From Patescibacteria group bacterium (GTDB taxonomy: Bacteria > Patescibacteriota > Minisyncoccia > UBA6257 > UBA11618): 35,457 nucleotides of DNA. Positions 15,763 through 24,033 of this stretch are shown here, one piece after another. The notes beneath the pieces are model-generated. The model saw only the letters and a program-made list of their open reading frames with translations. It did not search any database and was not told the origin of the DNA. The DNA is taken from the NCBI GenBank assembly GCA_003539915.1, contig DPNX01000002.1:1-35457 (forward strand), given 5' to 3'. The number at the start of each line of letters is the position of its first letter. Within the stretch, counting starts at the first letter, position 1. Both the position numbers and the translations under genes were made by a program.

Positions 15763-16026
15763 CTTATGGATAAGCTGAGGATTACTGGTGAGTGAGTTCT
15801 GGATAAAAAGTTAGTAAAAACAACTCTACTCAACAAGGTTAAAAGATATCCTATACTTATTACTCTTCTATCCGAGTTTAATCCACAGGAAGTAAACAGG
15901 TTGTTGCGCAGAAAAAAATATTTTTAATTCGATTATAAAAGGGTTATAATATGTTATTCACAAAAAAGGTCCTACACTACTAACTACTACTACTATTAAT
16001 AATTAATATATAAATATATTAGTAAT
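15763..16026 (+). other. Candidate oriC (dnaA-dnaN spacer): DnaA boxes, CTA/TAG trinucleotide run, AT-rich unwinding element
   Basis: One-mismatch boxes are TATGGATAA (15765-15773, reverse orientation), TCTGGATAA (15798-15806, reverse), TAATCCACA (15879-15887) and TTATTCACA (15954-15962). Seven CTA triplets lie at 15972-15995. The stretch 15996-16026 contains only one G/C base. Confidence 0.7.
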
Positions 16027-17133
16027 ATGAAGGTTGTTATCTTAAAAAGTAATTTAAAAGGTGGATTGTCGTCAGTCGAGAGAGCTATAGGAGAGAGTTC
16101 TAATTTACCAGTTCTTAGAAACGTCTTATTAAAGACTAATGGTAATAAGATTAATATTTCAACAACTAATTTAGAACTAGCTATCACTAAAACTGTTTCA
16201 GGAAAGATTATCGAAGAAGGAGGTTTAACGATTCCTTTCAGTACTTTAAATAATATTGTTAACAATACTACTCAAGAGAGAGTTAGTTTAGAAAAGGATG
16301 GAAATAATTTTATTTTCAAGACAGATAATTACGAAGCTAAAATACAAGGACTTAAAGAAGATGAATTTCCAGTTATTCCTAAGATTAAAAGTGAAAACTG
16401 TATAGAGTTCAATCCGGTTATATTAAGAAAAGCTGTTAATAAAGTTATTAGTGCTGCTCAGATGTCAGAAATAAGACCAGAGATTAGTGGGTTATTACTT
16501 GATTACCAAGTAACTCAAATAAAATTAGTAGCAACGGATAGTTTTAGGCTCGCAGAAAAGAATATTAGCGCCAATCAATTCAAGTCTGATATAAACCACA
16601 GCTTTAAGGTAATCGTTCCGCTAAAGACCGTTCAGGAGGTCTTAAGGGTATTTAGCGATGATGAACCAATCAAACTTTTTATAGACGACAATCAAATTCT
16701 TTTTAAGAACAATAATTTACAGATCATTTCTAGATTGATTGATGGTGAGTATCCGGATTATGAACAGATTATCCCTAAAAGTATCGAAACTGAATTAAGT
16801 GTTAATAAGGAGCATTTTATAAACGCTGTTCGCTTAGTTAGTACTTTTAGTGGAAAAAATAATGATGTTAATCTAGCGCTTAAAAACAATAAGGTGATGG
16901 AAGTTTATTTAGCTAATCAGATGTTGGGAGAAAATAATTACATGATCCCCACCAAAACTGACGGAAAAGATTTTGAAAATGTTTCTTTTAACTGGCGTTA
17001 TCTAATTGATGGCTTGAAAGTTATAGATTCTGAAAATCTAATCTTTGGAGTTAATGGTAATAATCGTCCAGCGGTAATTAAGTCAGCTGATGACACTTCT
17101 CATTTTTATATCTTAATGCCAATCAAGGCTTAG
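16027..17133 (+). CDS. dnaN: DNA polymerase III beta sliding clamp
   Basis: The protein is 368 aa and contains ATDSFRLA and LIDGEYPDYEQIIP motifs. It follows dnaA. Confidence 0.95.
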   Translation: MKVVILKSNLKGGLSSVERAIGESSNLPVLRNVLLKTNGNKINISTTNLELAITKTVSGKIIEEGGLTIPFSTLNNIVNNTTQERVSLEKDGNNFIFKTDNYEAKIQGLKEDEFPVIPKIKSENCIEFNPVILRKAVNKVISAAQMSEIRPEISGLLLDYQVTQIKLVATDSFRLAEKNISANQFKSDINHSFKVIVPLKTVQEVLRVFSDDEPIKLFIDDNQILFKNNNLQIISRLIDGEYPDYEQIIPKSIETELSVNKEHFINAVRLVSTFSGKNNDVNLALKNNKVMEVYLANQMLGENNYMIPTKTDGKDFENVSFNWRYLIDGLKVIDSENLIFGVNGNNRPAVIKSADDTSHFYILMPIKA

Positions 17134-17134
17134 A

Positions 17135-19474
17135 TTATCTAGAGTAGATAATTATCTCTTCTCTTATTTCTTTATTATTACTATCGGTAGCTTTAATCTT
17201 TAGAATGTTTTGGGATTTAATACTATTAAGATTAAAATTTTCTTGGTAAATATATTCTGGTCCAAAATTACCAGACCTCTGACTTATTAACTTGTTGTTA
17301 AGATAAACTTCTACGTTCTTAATCTCATGAGATGAATTTATAACAGCTCTTACAGAGAAATCTTTATTGATAAAATTACCGTTAACAGGCTTTTCTATCT
17401 TAATGGATAATTTTTTAGTATTAAGCGATAAATTTTTTACTTTATCAGGGTTGTTTTGAATCCACTCCACCAAGGATTTTTCCCAATTATCATACTGAGA
17501 GTCACGACGTGGATTAACTGGCACTGATCCATCGGGGTTACCTTTGTTGACGTAATGAAGGATGTTATGAATTTCACCATCAATAACATACTCACCTCGT
17601 AAGATAGGTTTTTGAACGTTAACTGGTTCAGGTCTTTCAAAAACCTCCATTGGTCTATCAGCTAGCACTTCTTTCAAGAAGGCGTTCCAAATAGGTAGAG
17701 CGGCTAAAATAGAACTACCTCTTTGTTGCATGGGTGTATTGTCGTTATTACCAACCCAAACACCCGTTACTAAAGATGTGGTGTATCCCATAGCCCATGC
17801 ATCGTGATATTCATTAGTAGTTCCAGTTTTTAAAGCTACCTCTTGATTAGGGAAAGTAGTTAAATGAAGACTACTTTGATAAAGTTGTCGCCTAACTTCT
17901 ATATCGGTAAGAATATCATTTATTAAACGAGCGTATTGAGGATTAACAACCTCATCAACATCATCTTTAAACTCTTCTAACACCTCTCCCTTACTATCCT
18001 CAATTTTTAAAATCATTGATTGTTCGTGTTTTAAACCATCTTGAGCAAAGACGGAGTACGCACCAACTAAGTCGATTAACTTAACCTCACCACCACCAAG
18101 AGCAAGAGAGAGACCATAACGACTTCTTTCGGTGAGGGTTGTGATACCAAAATCAGCAGCAGTCTTTAAGGTGCTTCCAACACCAGCTAGGTAAAGAACC
18201 TTAACAGAAGGTACGTTCATAGATTGAGCTAAAGCATTTCTTAGATTAACCGGACCCCTAAACTGATTATCAAAGTTGTGAGGCATGTAGCTTCTTTTTC
18301 CAGTGGTATCAAAATCTACTTGAGTATCAAAGATAACTGTTTCAGGAGAAAAGCCTTTTTTAAAAGCAGTAACATAAGCAAAGGGTTTGATAGCGGAACC
18401 AGGTTGTCTCAATCCTTGAACAGCAACGTTGAAATTACCATCGTTATCGGTGTCAAAATAATCTTTAGACCCCACTAAAGCTAATATTTGACCAGTATTA
18501 GCATCTTGAGCTACTAAGGAGGCGTTTTTACCATTATATAGATTAGTATTTCTTTCAGCCCCCTCCCTAACAACTCTTTCAGCTATTTGTTGCATGTCCC
18601 AATCCAAGGTTGAGATAACTTTTAAACCGGCTTTTTGAACAAAATCTTCACCATACTTATTATTCAAATATTCTTGGAGAGTAATAACAAAATGAGGAGC
18701 TTTAATTCCTATAGTATGAGGAGAGAATTCTAATTTTTCTTCTTTAGCTTCTTCATATTCTTCTTCTGTAATATAACCAGCAACTTTCATTTGTTTTAGA
18801 GTGTGGTTTTTTCTACTCATTAGAACATCAACATGAGTTCCGTAGGGCGAGTAGTAACTAGGAGCTCTTGGAAGACTAGCTAAAAGAGCCGCTTCATTTA
18901 TGGATAGGTCTTTAGCATTTTTTTCAAAAAATGTTTGAGCAGCAGCCTCAATACCATAGGCGTTAGAGCCGTAAGGTATCTGGTTGAGGTAGAGATTTAA
19001 AATATCATCCTTAGAATATCTTTTTTCTAAACGCAAAGTAAGAATTAACTCCTTAACCTTTCTAGATATAGTTCTTTCAGGAGTAAGAAAAGCATTCTTA
19101 GCTAATTGTTGGGATATGGTAGAACCACCTTGAACTATCCGACCACTTCTCAAATTAACTAGAAAAGCCCTAGCTAAAGATTGCCAATCAATACCAGCGT
19201 GTTCATAGAATTTTATATCCTCAATAGAAACAGAAGCATGTTTTACATAATCCGGAATATCGGAGTAAGGGATAACAGTTCTTTTTTCTTCTCCATGAAT
19301 CTCATAAAGTAACGTTTCACCAGTTCGATCAAAAATTTTTGTTGATTGGTTTACTTGCCGTTGATCAAACAACTCAGGATCAGGAAGGTTTCTAGTAATA
19401 ATGAAAAAGTACCCAAGAGACCCTAGGGCAAAAATAACGAATATTAAAAATAAATATTTAAATAACTTTTTCAT
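17135..19474 (-). CDS. Class A penicillin-binding protein (PBP1A-type glycosyltransferase/transpeptidase) with extra C-terminal beta domain
   Basis: GT51 motifs are EDIKFYEHAGID and GGSTISQQLAKN. Transpeptidase motifs are SAIKPF (SxxK), SMN (SxN) and KTGTT. An N-terminal TM anchor is present. Confidence 0.92.
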   Translation of the reverse strand: MKKLFKYLFLIFVIFALGSLGYFFIITRNLPDPELFDQRQVNQSTKIFDRTGETLLYEIHGEEKRTVIPYSDIPDYVKHASVSIEDIKFYEHAGIDWQSLARAFLVNLRSGRIVQGGSTISQQLAKNAFLTPERTISRKVKELILTLRLEKRYSKDDILNLYLNQIPYGSNAYGIEAAAQTFFEKNAKDLSINEAALLASLPRAPSYYSPYGTHVDVLMSRKNHTLKQMKVAGYITEEEYEEAKEEKLEFSPHTIGIKAPHFVITLQEYLNNKYGEDFVQKAGLKVISTLDWDMQQIAERVVREGAERNTNLYNGKNASLVAQDANTGQILALVGSKDYFDTDNDGNFNVAVQGLRQPGSAIKPFAYVTAFKKGFSPETVIFDTQVDFDTTGKRSYMPHNFDNQFRGPVNLRNALAQSMNVPSVKVLYLAGVGSTLKTAADFGITTLTERSRYGLSLALGGGEVKLIDLVGAYSVFAQDGLKHEQSMILKIEDSKGEVLEEFKDDVDEVVNPQYARLINDILTDIEVRRQLYQSSLHLTTFPNQEVALKTGTTNEYHDAWAMGYTTSLVTGVWVGNNDNTPMQQRGSSILAALPIWNAFLKEVLADRPMEVFERPEPVNVQKPILRGEYVIDGEIHNILHYVNKGNPDGSVPVNPRRDSQYDNWEKSLVEWIQNNPDKVKNLSLNTKKLSIKIEKPVNGNFINKDFSVRAVINSSHEIKNVEVYLNNKLISQRSGNFGPEYIYQENFNLNSIKSQNILKIKATDSNNKEIREEIIIYSR

Positions 19475-19478
19475 CCTC

Positions 19479-19503
19479 TAAAAATCCCGTCATAAGACGG
19501 GAT
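19479..19503 (-). terminator. Stem-loop with U-run (minus strand) only 5 nt upstream of the PBP start; terminator/attenuator or 5' stabiliser
   Basis: ATCCCGTC (19484-19491) pairs with GACGGGAT (19496-19503), a perfect 8-bp stem with a 4-nt loop. The minus strand continues UUUU AGAGG AUG. Confidence 0.45.
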
Positions 19504-19525
19504 AATAATCTTTGTATGATTTCGA

Positions 19526-19681
19526 TTAATAATCTTCATTACCTTCTTCTAGTGTATCATCATCTACCTCATCTTCATCCATTAAATCATCATCACTCAT
19601 TTCATCCATTTCATCATAGACACCATCCTCAATGTCTTCAGTGTGATTACTTAGTGAGAAGGAAACTTTATATTCAGTCAT
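19526..19681 (-). CDS. Hypothetical 51-aa hyper-acidic small protein (not in the ORF track)
   Basis: Hand translation gives MTEYKVSFSLSNHTEDIEDGVYDEMDEMSDDDLMDEDEVDDDTLEEGNEDY, with 23 D/E and 1 K. It is on the same strand as flanking ruvC and the PBP gene, and ends just before the 19484-19503 hairpin. Confidence 0.45.
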   Translation of the reverse strand: MTEYKVSFSLSNHTEDIEDGVYDEMDEMSDDDLMDEDEVDDDTLEEGNEDY

Positions 19682-19751
19682 ATAATAACTTTATTATCGA
19701 GAATAATACGACCTTTTATTTATTTATTAGCGTAATTAAAATGAAGTATAA

Positions 19752-20228
19752 CTAACTTATATTACGTGTCAAGTTAGCGGCTGTGATTGAAATTGCTATA
19801 GCATCAGTGACATCGTCAATTAATTTTACAGGAGGTATTTGAAGTATAGAAAAGACCATCCTAGCCACAGCCTTTTTATCAGACAAACCATAACCTGTGA
19901 CGGATAATTTAACCTCTTGAGGGTTATGCTCTGTAAGGATTATATTCTGTTTTAGAGAGAGGTATATTAAAACGCCACGAGCTTGAGCAACCTCTATGGC
20001 GGTCTTCACATTTCTAGAAAAAAATATTTTTTCTATAGCTACTAGATCGGGTTTAAGTTCTTTTAATACTTTTTTGTAATCGTGAGCAAGAAAGGTTAGT
20101 TTGTGATTTATGTCTTTTTCTTTTACCTCAATCAACCCGTAGTCAATCAAGGTTAACTTAGAACCATTTTTTTCAATAAGACCATAACCACAACGAGATG
20201 ATCCAGGATCAACACCGAGAATTCTCAT
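19752..20228 (-). CDS. ruvC: Crossover junction endodeoxyribonuclease RuvC
   Basis: The N-terminus is MRILGVDPGSSRCGYGLI and the protein is 158 aa. The yebC-ruvC gene order is conserved. Confidence 0.92.
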   Translation of the reverse strand: MRILGVDPGSSRCGYGLIEKNGSKLTLIDYGLIEVKEKDINHKLTFLAHDYKKVLKELKPDLVAIEKIFFSRNVKTAIEVAQARGVLIYLSLKQNIILTEHNPQEVKLSVTGYGLSDKKAVARMVFSILQIPPVKLIDDVTDAIAISITAANLTRNIS

Positions 20229-20740
20229 TAGCTTTTAGCGTTAGTTGTTATGTTTTGCACGTCAGAGTGTTCTTCTAAAACATCAATAAGTTTATTTAAA
20301 GAATCTTTTTCTCTAGAAGATATTTCTTGAGGGAATTTAGGTTCGTTATTTTCAAAAGCCCATTGGACACTACCAACTTCAGCTATCTTGCAATCGTGCT
20401 TACTCAATAAGTGGCGAATTTCAGCGATGGTTCTATTACTGTTATCGGTAATAACCTTGATTAACATAGCTACACCACCTGGGCCATAAGCCTCAATTAA
20501 TAATTCTTTTAAGTCTTTATCTTTAGCTCCTTCTATAGCTCTCTTGATATTATCATTAGGAACGTTATTTTCTTTAGCTTTTTCAACTAAGCTTTTTAAT
20601 TGAGAGTTAAATTTAGGGTCGATTTCTTCGCGAGCAGCAGCTGAAATAGCTTTTAATATTTTAGAAAAAGTTTGGCTACGCTTTTTATCCTTAGCCTCTT
20701 TTTTATGTTTAATAGTTTTCCATTTAGAGTGACCGGACAT
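20228..20740 (-). CDS. yebC: YebC/PmpR-family protein, shortened (170 aa versus about 240 aa typical)
   Basis: The N-terminus is MSGHSKWKTIKHKKEAKDKKRSQTFSKI, with NVPNDNIKRAIE downstream. It overlaps the ruvC start by 1 nt. Confidence 0.85.
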   Translation of the reverse strand: MSGHSKWKTIKHKKEAKDKKRSQTFSKILKAISAAAREEIDPKFNSQLKSLVEKAKENNVPNDNIKRAIEGAKDKDLKELLIEAYGPGGVAMLIKVITDNSNRTIAEIRHLLSKHDCKIAEVGSVQWAFENNEPKFPQEISSREKDSLNKLIDVLEEHSDVQNITTNAKS

Positions 20741-20776
20741 GTTTTTATATATAACTTGAATGCTTATAAAAATAAA

Positions 20777-20802
20777 CCCTCCTCCCTAAGTAGGGAGGAG
20801 GG
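20777..20802 (-). terminator. Strong rho-independent terminator after the small lipoprotein gene
   Basis: CCCTCCTCCCT pairs with AGGGAGGAGGG, a perfect 11-bp GC-rich stem with a 4-nt loop. The minus strand continues TTTATTTTTAT. Confidence 0.8.
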
Positions 20803-20824
20803 GGTGGTCCGAAAAAAAAGATAA

Positions 20825-21046
20825 CTACTCTTTTCGGAAGTTGGATTTAGAATCGACATCAAGTCGATACTTGTGTTTACCGATCTGAGTTGCGGAAGCG
20901 AAGTTAGACTCACTTCGCTTAACACTGCTGTGGAAGGCACTACCAACACAATGATTGTTAGCACCCACCTGGAAACCAGCACCAACAGCACAACCACTCA
21001 TCATGATCGTCAACGCGACCAAACCCAAATAAAATACCCTCTTCAT
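20825..21046 (-). CDS. Small lipoprotein (73 aa), Gly-rich
   Basis: The signal peptide with lipobox-like sequence is LVALTIMMSGC. AAGGAG (21052-21057) lies 5 nt upstream of the ATG, the only strong SD at an operon head in the window. A dedicated terminator follows. Confidence 0.7.
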   Translation of the reverse strand: MKRVFYLGLVALTIMMSGCAVGAGFQVGANNHCVGSAFHSSVKRSESNFASATQIGKHKYRLDVDSKSNFRKE

Positions 21047-21178
21047 ATTAACTCCTTTTCAAAAGAGGTTTGAGGAACTGGGCATATTATTACACATAAA
21101 TATAATTTAGTCAATACCCGATAAACACCTAAAGTCAACCACTTTATTTTTTGTTTGAAAACGGCTAGGATAATAGCG

Positions 21179-22843
21179 ATGGCTTCAGCAATTGAGGAAC
21201 AATTAGTTAAGATAAAAAGAGATTCAGAGGAAAGAGATGTTAAAAGAAAAGCTGATGAACTTGGGTTAGATTATTTAGATCTTTCAACTAAAGTAATTAG
21301 TAATACAGCTCTAGAAACTTTATCAAAAGACGTTGCTGAAGCGGCTCAGGTAATACCAGTTGAGCTAAAAGGTCAGGATTTAGCTTTAGCGGTCATTGAT
21401 CTAAAAAATAATAAGACTCAAGAGGTTGTGAGTGATTTAAAAAGCAAGGGTTTCAATCTTGCTTTTTATTTATCTTCAAAAAGCTCTATAAAAAAAGCCC
21501 TAAAAAGTTATGATAATTTACCTAAAAAACGAGGTGAGATAACAGGCGAGGTTGATGTAAAAGAAAGTAATTTAGAAGAGGTAGCTAAAAAATTAACGAG
21601 CTTAAAAATAATAACAGAAGAGATAGAGAGTTTTAATACTAATCAACAACCAATCGGTAGTGTTTTAGAAATGATTTTAGCTGGAGCTATTACTACTAAA
21701 TCATCTGACGTTCACTTTGAACCAAGTATAGACAAGATTAAGATTCGTTACAGAATAGATGGTGTTTTAAATACTATTGTTAATGATTTTTCTACTTCTT
21801 TATATAAAAGCTTATTATCTAGAATTAAATTATTAACTGGTTTAAAAATTGATGTTAGTGGTAAATCTCAAGATGGTAGGTTTTCTATAGCCTTTGGAAA
21901 TAAAGATGTTGAGTTAAGAGTTTCTATCCTGCCATCAGAGTATGGTGAGACGGTGGTAATGAGGGTCTTAGACCCAGATTCTATTAACATATCTTTAGAA
22001 GACTTAGGATTGCGTAAGGATGATCTAGATATTGTAACAATTGAAATTCAAGAACCAAACGGAATGATTTTAAATACTGGACCTACTGGGTCGGGAAAAA
22101 CCACCACTCTTTATAGTTTCTTAAAACAACGTCATTCATCTGAGATTAAAATAATCACAATTGAGGATCCTATTGAATATAATATTGAAGGAATTGAACA
22201 AACCCAAGTTGATGAAGAGAGGGGTTACACTTTTTCTAACGGCTTGAGTGCGGTAATGAGACAGGATCCGGATGTTATTTTAATTGGTGAGATTAGAGAT
22301 GCTGAGACGGCAAATACCGCTGTTCAATCTGCCTTAACAGGACACCTGGTTTTTTCTACGGTTCACGCTAATGAGGCGGCTGGATCTATTCCTAGATTAT
22401 TAGATCTAAATATTAAACCAACTAGTATTGGACCAGCTTTAAATATGATAATGGCTCAACGATTGGTTCGTAAGTTGTGTGAGAATTGTAAAAAACAAAC
22501 AGAGGTTGATGATGAGATGAGGGTAAAGATCGCTCACTTATTAGCAATATTACCAGAAAGAGTAGATAAGGTTAGTTATCAAACACCAACTCTATTTGAA
22601 GTGGTTGGTTGTGAAAAATGTAATCAAACAGGTTATAAAGGTCGGGTAGGTATTTTTGAGCTGTTACAAGTTAAACAGGAAATAGAATCACTAATAGAAA
22701 AAGAGGCTAGTGAAACAGAGTTACAAGAGTTTGCATTGAAACAAGGAATGGTAACAATGCAACAAGATGGATTATTGAAAGTATTAACCGGAATAACAAC
22801 CTTAGAAGAGATTAAGGCTGCGACAGGTAGTCTGAACTTTTAA
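21179..22843 (+). CDS. pilB: GspE/PilB-family secretion ATPase (type IV pilus assembly ATPase-like)
   Basis: A T2SSE N-domain is present, Walker A is GPTGSGKTT, the Asp/His boxes include FSTVHAN, and the tetracysteine motif is CENC...CEKC. AGGA (21167-21170) lies 8 nt before the ATG at 21179; the tracked TTG at 21155 is an alternative start. Confidence 0.88.
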   Translation: MASAIEEQLVKIKRDSEERDVKRKADELGLDYLDLSTKVISNTALETLSKDVAEAAQVIPVELKGQDLALAVIDLKNNKTQEVVSDLKSKGFNLAFYLSSKSSIKKALKSYDNLPKKRGEITGEVDVKESNLEEVAKKLTSLKIITEEIESFNTNQQPIGSVLEMILAGAITTKSSDVHFEPSIDKIKIRYRIDGVLNTIVNDFSTSLYKSLLSRIKLLTGLKIDVSGKSQDGRFSIAFGNKDVELRVSILPSEYGETVVMRVLDPDSINISLEDLGLRKDDLDIVTIEIQEPNGMILNTGPTGSGKTTTLYSFLKQRHSSEIKIITIEDPIEYNIEGIEQTQVDEERGYTFSNGLSAVMRQDPDVILIGEIRDAETANTAVQSALTGHLVFSTVHANEAAGSIPRLLDLNIKPTSIGPALNMIMAQRLVRKLCENCKKQTEVDDEMRVKIAHLLAILPERVDKVSYQTPTLFEVVGCEKCNQTGYKGRVGIFELLQVKQEIESLIEKEASETELQEFALKQGMVTMQQDGLLKVLTGITTLEEIKAATGSLNF

Positions 22844-22851
22844 AATAAAAA

Positions 22852-23011
22852 AAATAAAGACCATTGATCTGTGGGCGTTGCCCCCGGAAGGACTAAAAAT
22901 CTTTTATTGGATAAAAGAGTCAGAGTTTAATCGAGGAATAGTCGAGCCGTAGCTTGACTACCCGAAGTATCTAAAATAAACTCCCTGCCCACAGATCAAT
23001 GACCTTTATTT
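22852..23011 (+). ncRNA. Candidate structured RNA or MITE-like element closed by a 25-nt imperfect inverted repeat
   Basis: AAATAAAG-AC-CATTGATCTGTGGGC (22852-22876) pairs with GCCCACAGATCAATG-AC-CTTTATTT (22987-23011). Inner hairpins lie at 22891-22921 and 22939-22960; the latter has a G-U pair that works only on the plus strand. Confidence 0.35.
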
Positions 23012-23055
23012 AACGGCGTTATTCTATCACGAGGAAATGATTTTGTCAAATTTTT

Positions 23056-24033
23056 ATGGATAATTTAACTATCGATGGTGTTTTACGTCCTGTAGATTGG
23101 GATGATTATGTTGGACAAGAGAAGATTAAAATTAATCTGCGGATTATTTTGGATGCTGCTAAAAAAAGAGGAGAAGCTTGTGATCATTTATTGTTTTATG
23201 GTCAGGCTGGTTTAGGAAAGACAACTTTAGCTAATTTAGTAGCTAAGGATCTAGGCTTTAATCTTAAAGTGACCTCTGGGCCAGCTTTAGAGAAGATGGG
23301 AGATCTTGCGGCTGTGTTAAGTAACTTAGAAGAGAATGATGTTTTGTTTATTGATGAGGCTCATCGATTAAACAAATCCATTGAAGAGGTTTTGTATCCA
23401 GCGATGGAAAGTCGCAAGCTTCATTTAGTGATTGGTAAGGGGCCAGGAGCTAGGACAGTAGCTTTGGACCTACCATCTTTTACTATTATAGCCGCTACAA
23501 CTCGACCTCATTTATTATCTGGCCCTTTACGCTCTCGTTTTGGAGCCTCTTTCAAGTTAGATTTCTATGACCTAAAGGATATCTGTAGAATTGTTAAAAG
23601 ATCAGCCCAGGTTTTAAATATGAACATGAGTGATGAGGCTGTTGAGGCTTTAGCAAGGTCATCTAGGTCAACTCCTCGAGTAGCTAATCGTTTGTTGAAG
23701 AGGGTAAGAGACTTTGCGGATGTTCACGATATTAAACAAGTTGATAAAGCAACGGCTTTAAACACTTTAAATTTGTTAGAAATTGACAATATGGGATTAG
23801 AGCCGATGGATAGGAGGTTGTTAGAGGTGATAATTGATAAGTTTGACGGTGGTCCAGTAGGAATTAACTCATTAGCCGCTGCTTTAAATGATGATGTGGG
23901 AAATATAGAAGATGTTTATGAGCCTCACTTACTATCAATAGGGTTTTTAGTTAGAACCTCAACGGGAAGAGTGGTAAGAGAAGCTGCTTATCGTCACCTG
24001 GGTCGTGAGATTTCTGAAGAAAAATTAATATGA
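23056..24033 (+). CDS. ruvB: Holliday junction branch migration helicase RuvB
   Basis: Walker A is GQAGLGKTTLA and Walker B is LFIDEAHRL. TTRPHLLSGPLRSRFG is also present. Confidence 0.96.
   Translation: MDNLTIDGVLRPVDWDDYVGQEKIKINLRIILDAAKKRGEACDHLLFYGQAGLGKTTLANLVAKDLGFNLKVTSGPALEKMGDLAAVLSNLEENDVLFIDEAHRLNKSIEEVLYPAMESRKLHLVIGKGPGARTVALDLPSFTIIAATTRPHLLSGPLRSRFGASFKLDFYDLKDICRIVKRSAQVLNMNMSDEAVEALARSSRSTPRVANRLLKRVRDFADVHDIKQVDKATALNTLNLLEIDNMGLEPMDRRLLEVIIDKFDGGPVGINSLAAALNDDVGNIEDVYEPHLLSIGFLVRTSTGRVVREAAYRHLGREISEEKLI

Noticed and set aside
19516-19755. Tracked 79-aa plus-strand ORF rich in His/Leu/Pro (HHLPHLHPLNHHHSFHPFHHRHH)
   Set aside because: It is the antisense shadow of GAT/GAA-rich codons. 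The minus-strand acidic ORF (19526-19681) matches the flanking gene orientation and ends before a hairpin. The plus ORF also runs into the ruvC 3' end.
20764-21073. Two further tracked ORFs (20764-20997 minus, 20873-21073 plus) overlapping the small lipoprotein gene
   Set aside because: Only the 20825-21046 frame has a strong SD (AAGGAG), a signal peptide with a lipobox-like Cys, and a terminator right after its stop. The 20764 ORF would run through that terminator hairpin.
22876-22895. The CCGGAAGG motif suggested SRP (4.5S) RNA helix 8 with a GGAA tetraloop
   Set aside because: The flanks lack the conserved SRP symmetric and asymmetric loop sequences; AGCA does not follow the tetraloop. 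The overall fold is multi-hairpin rather than one long helix.
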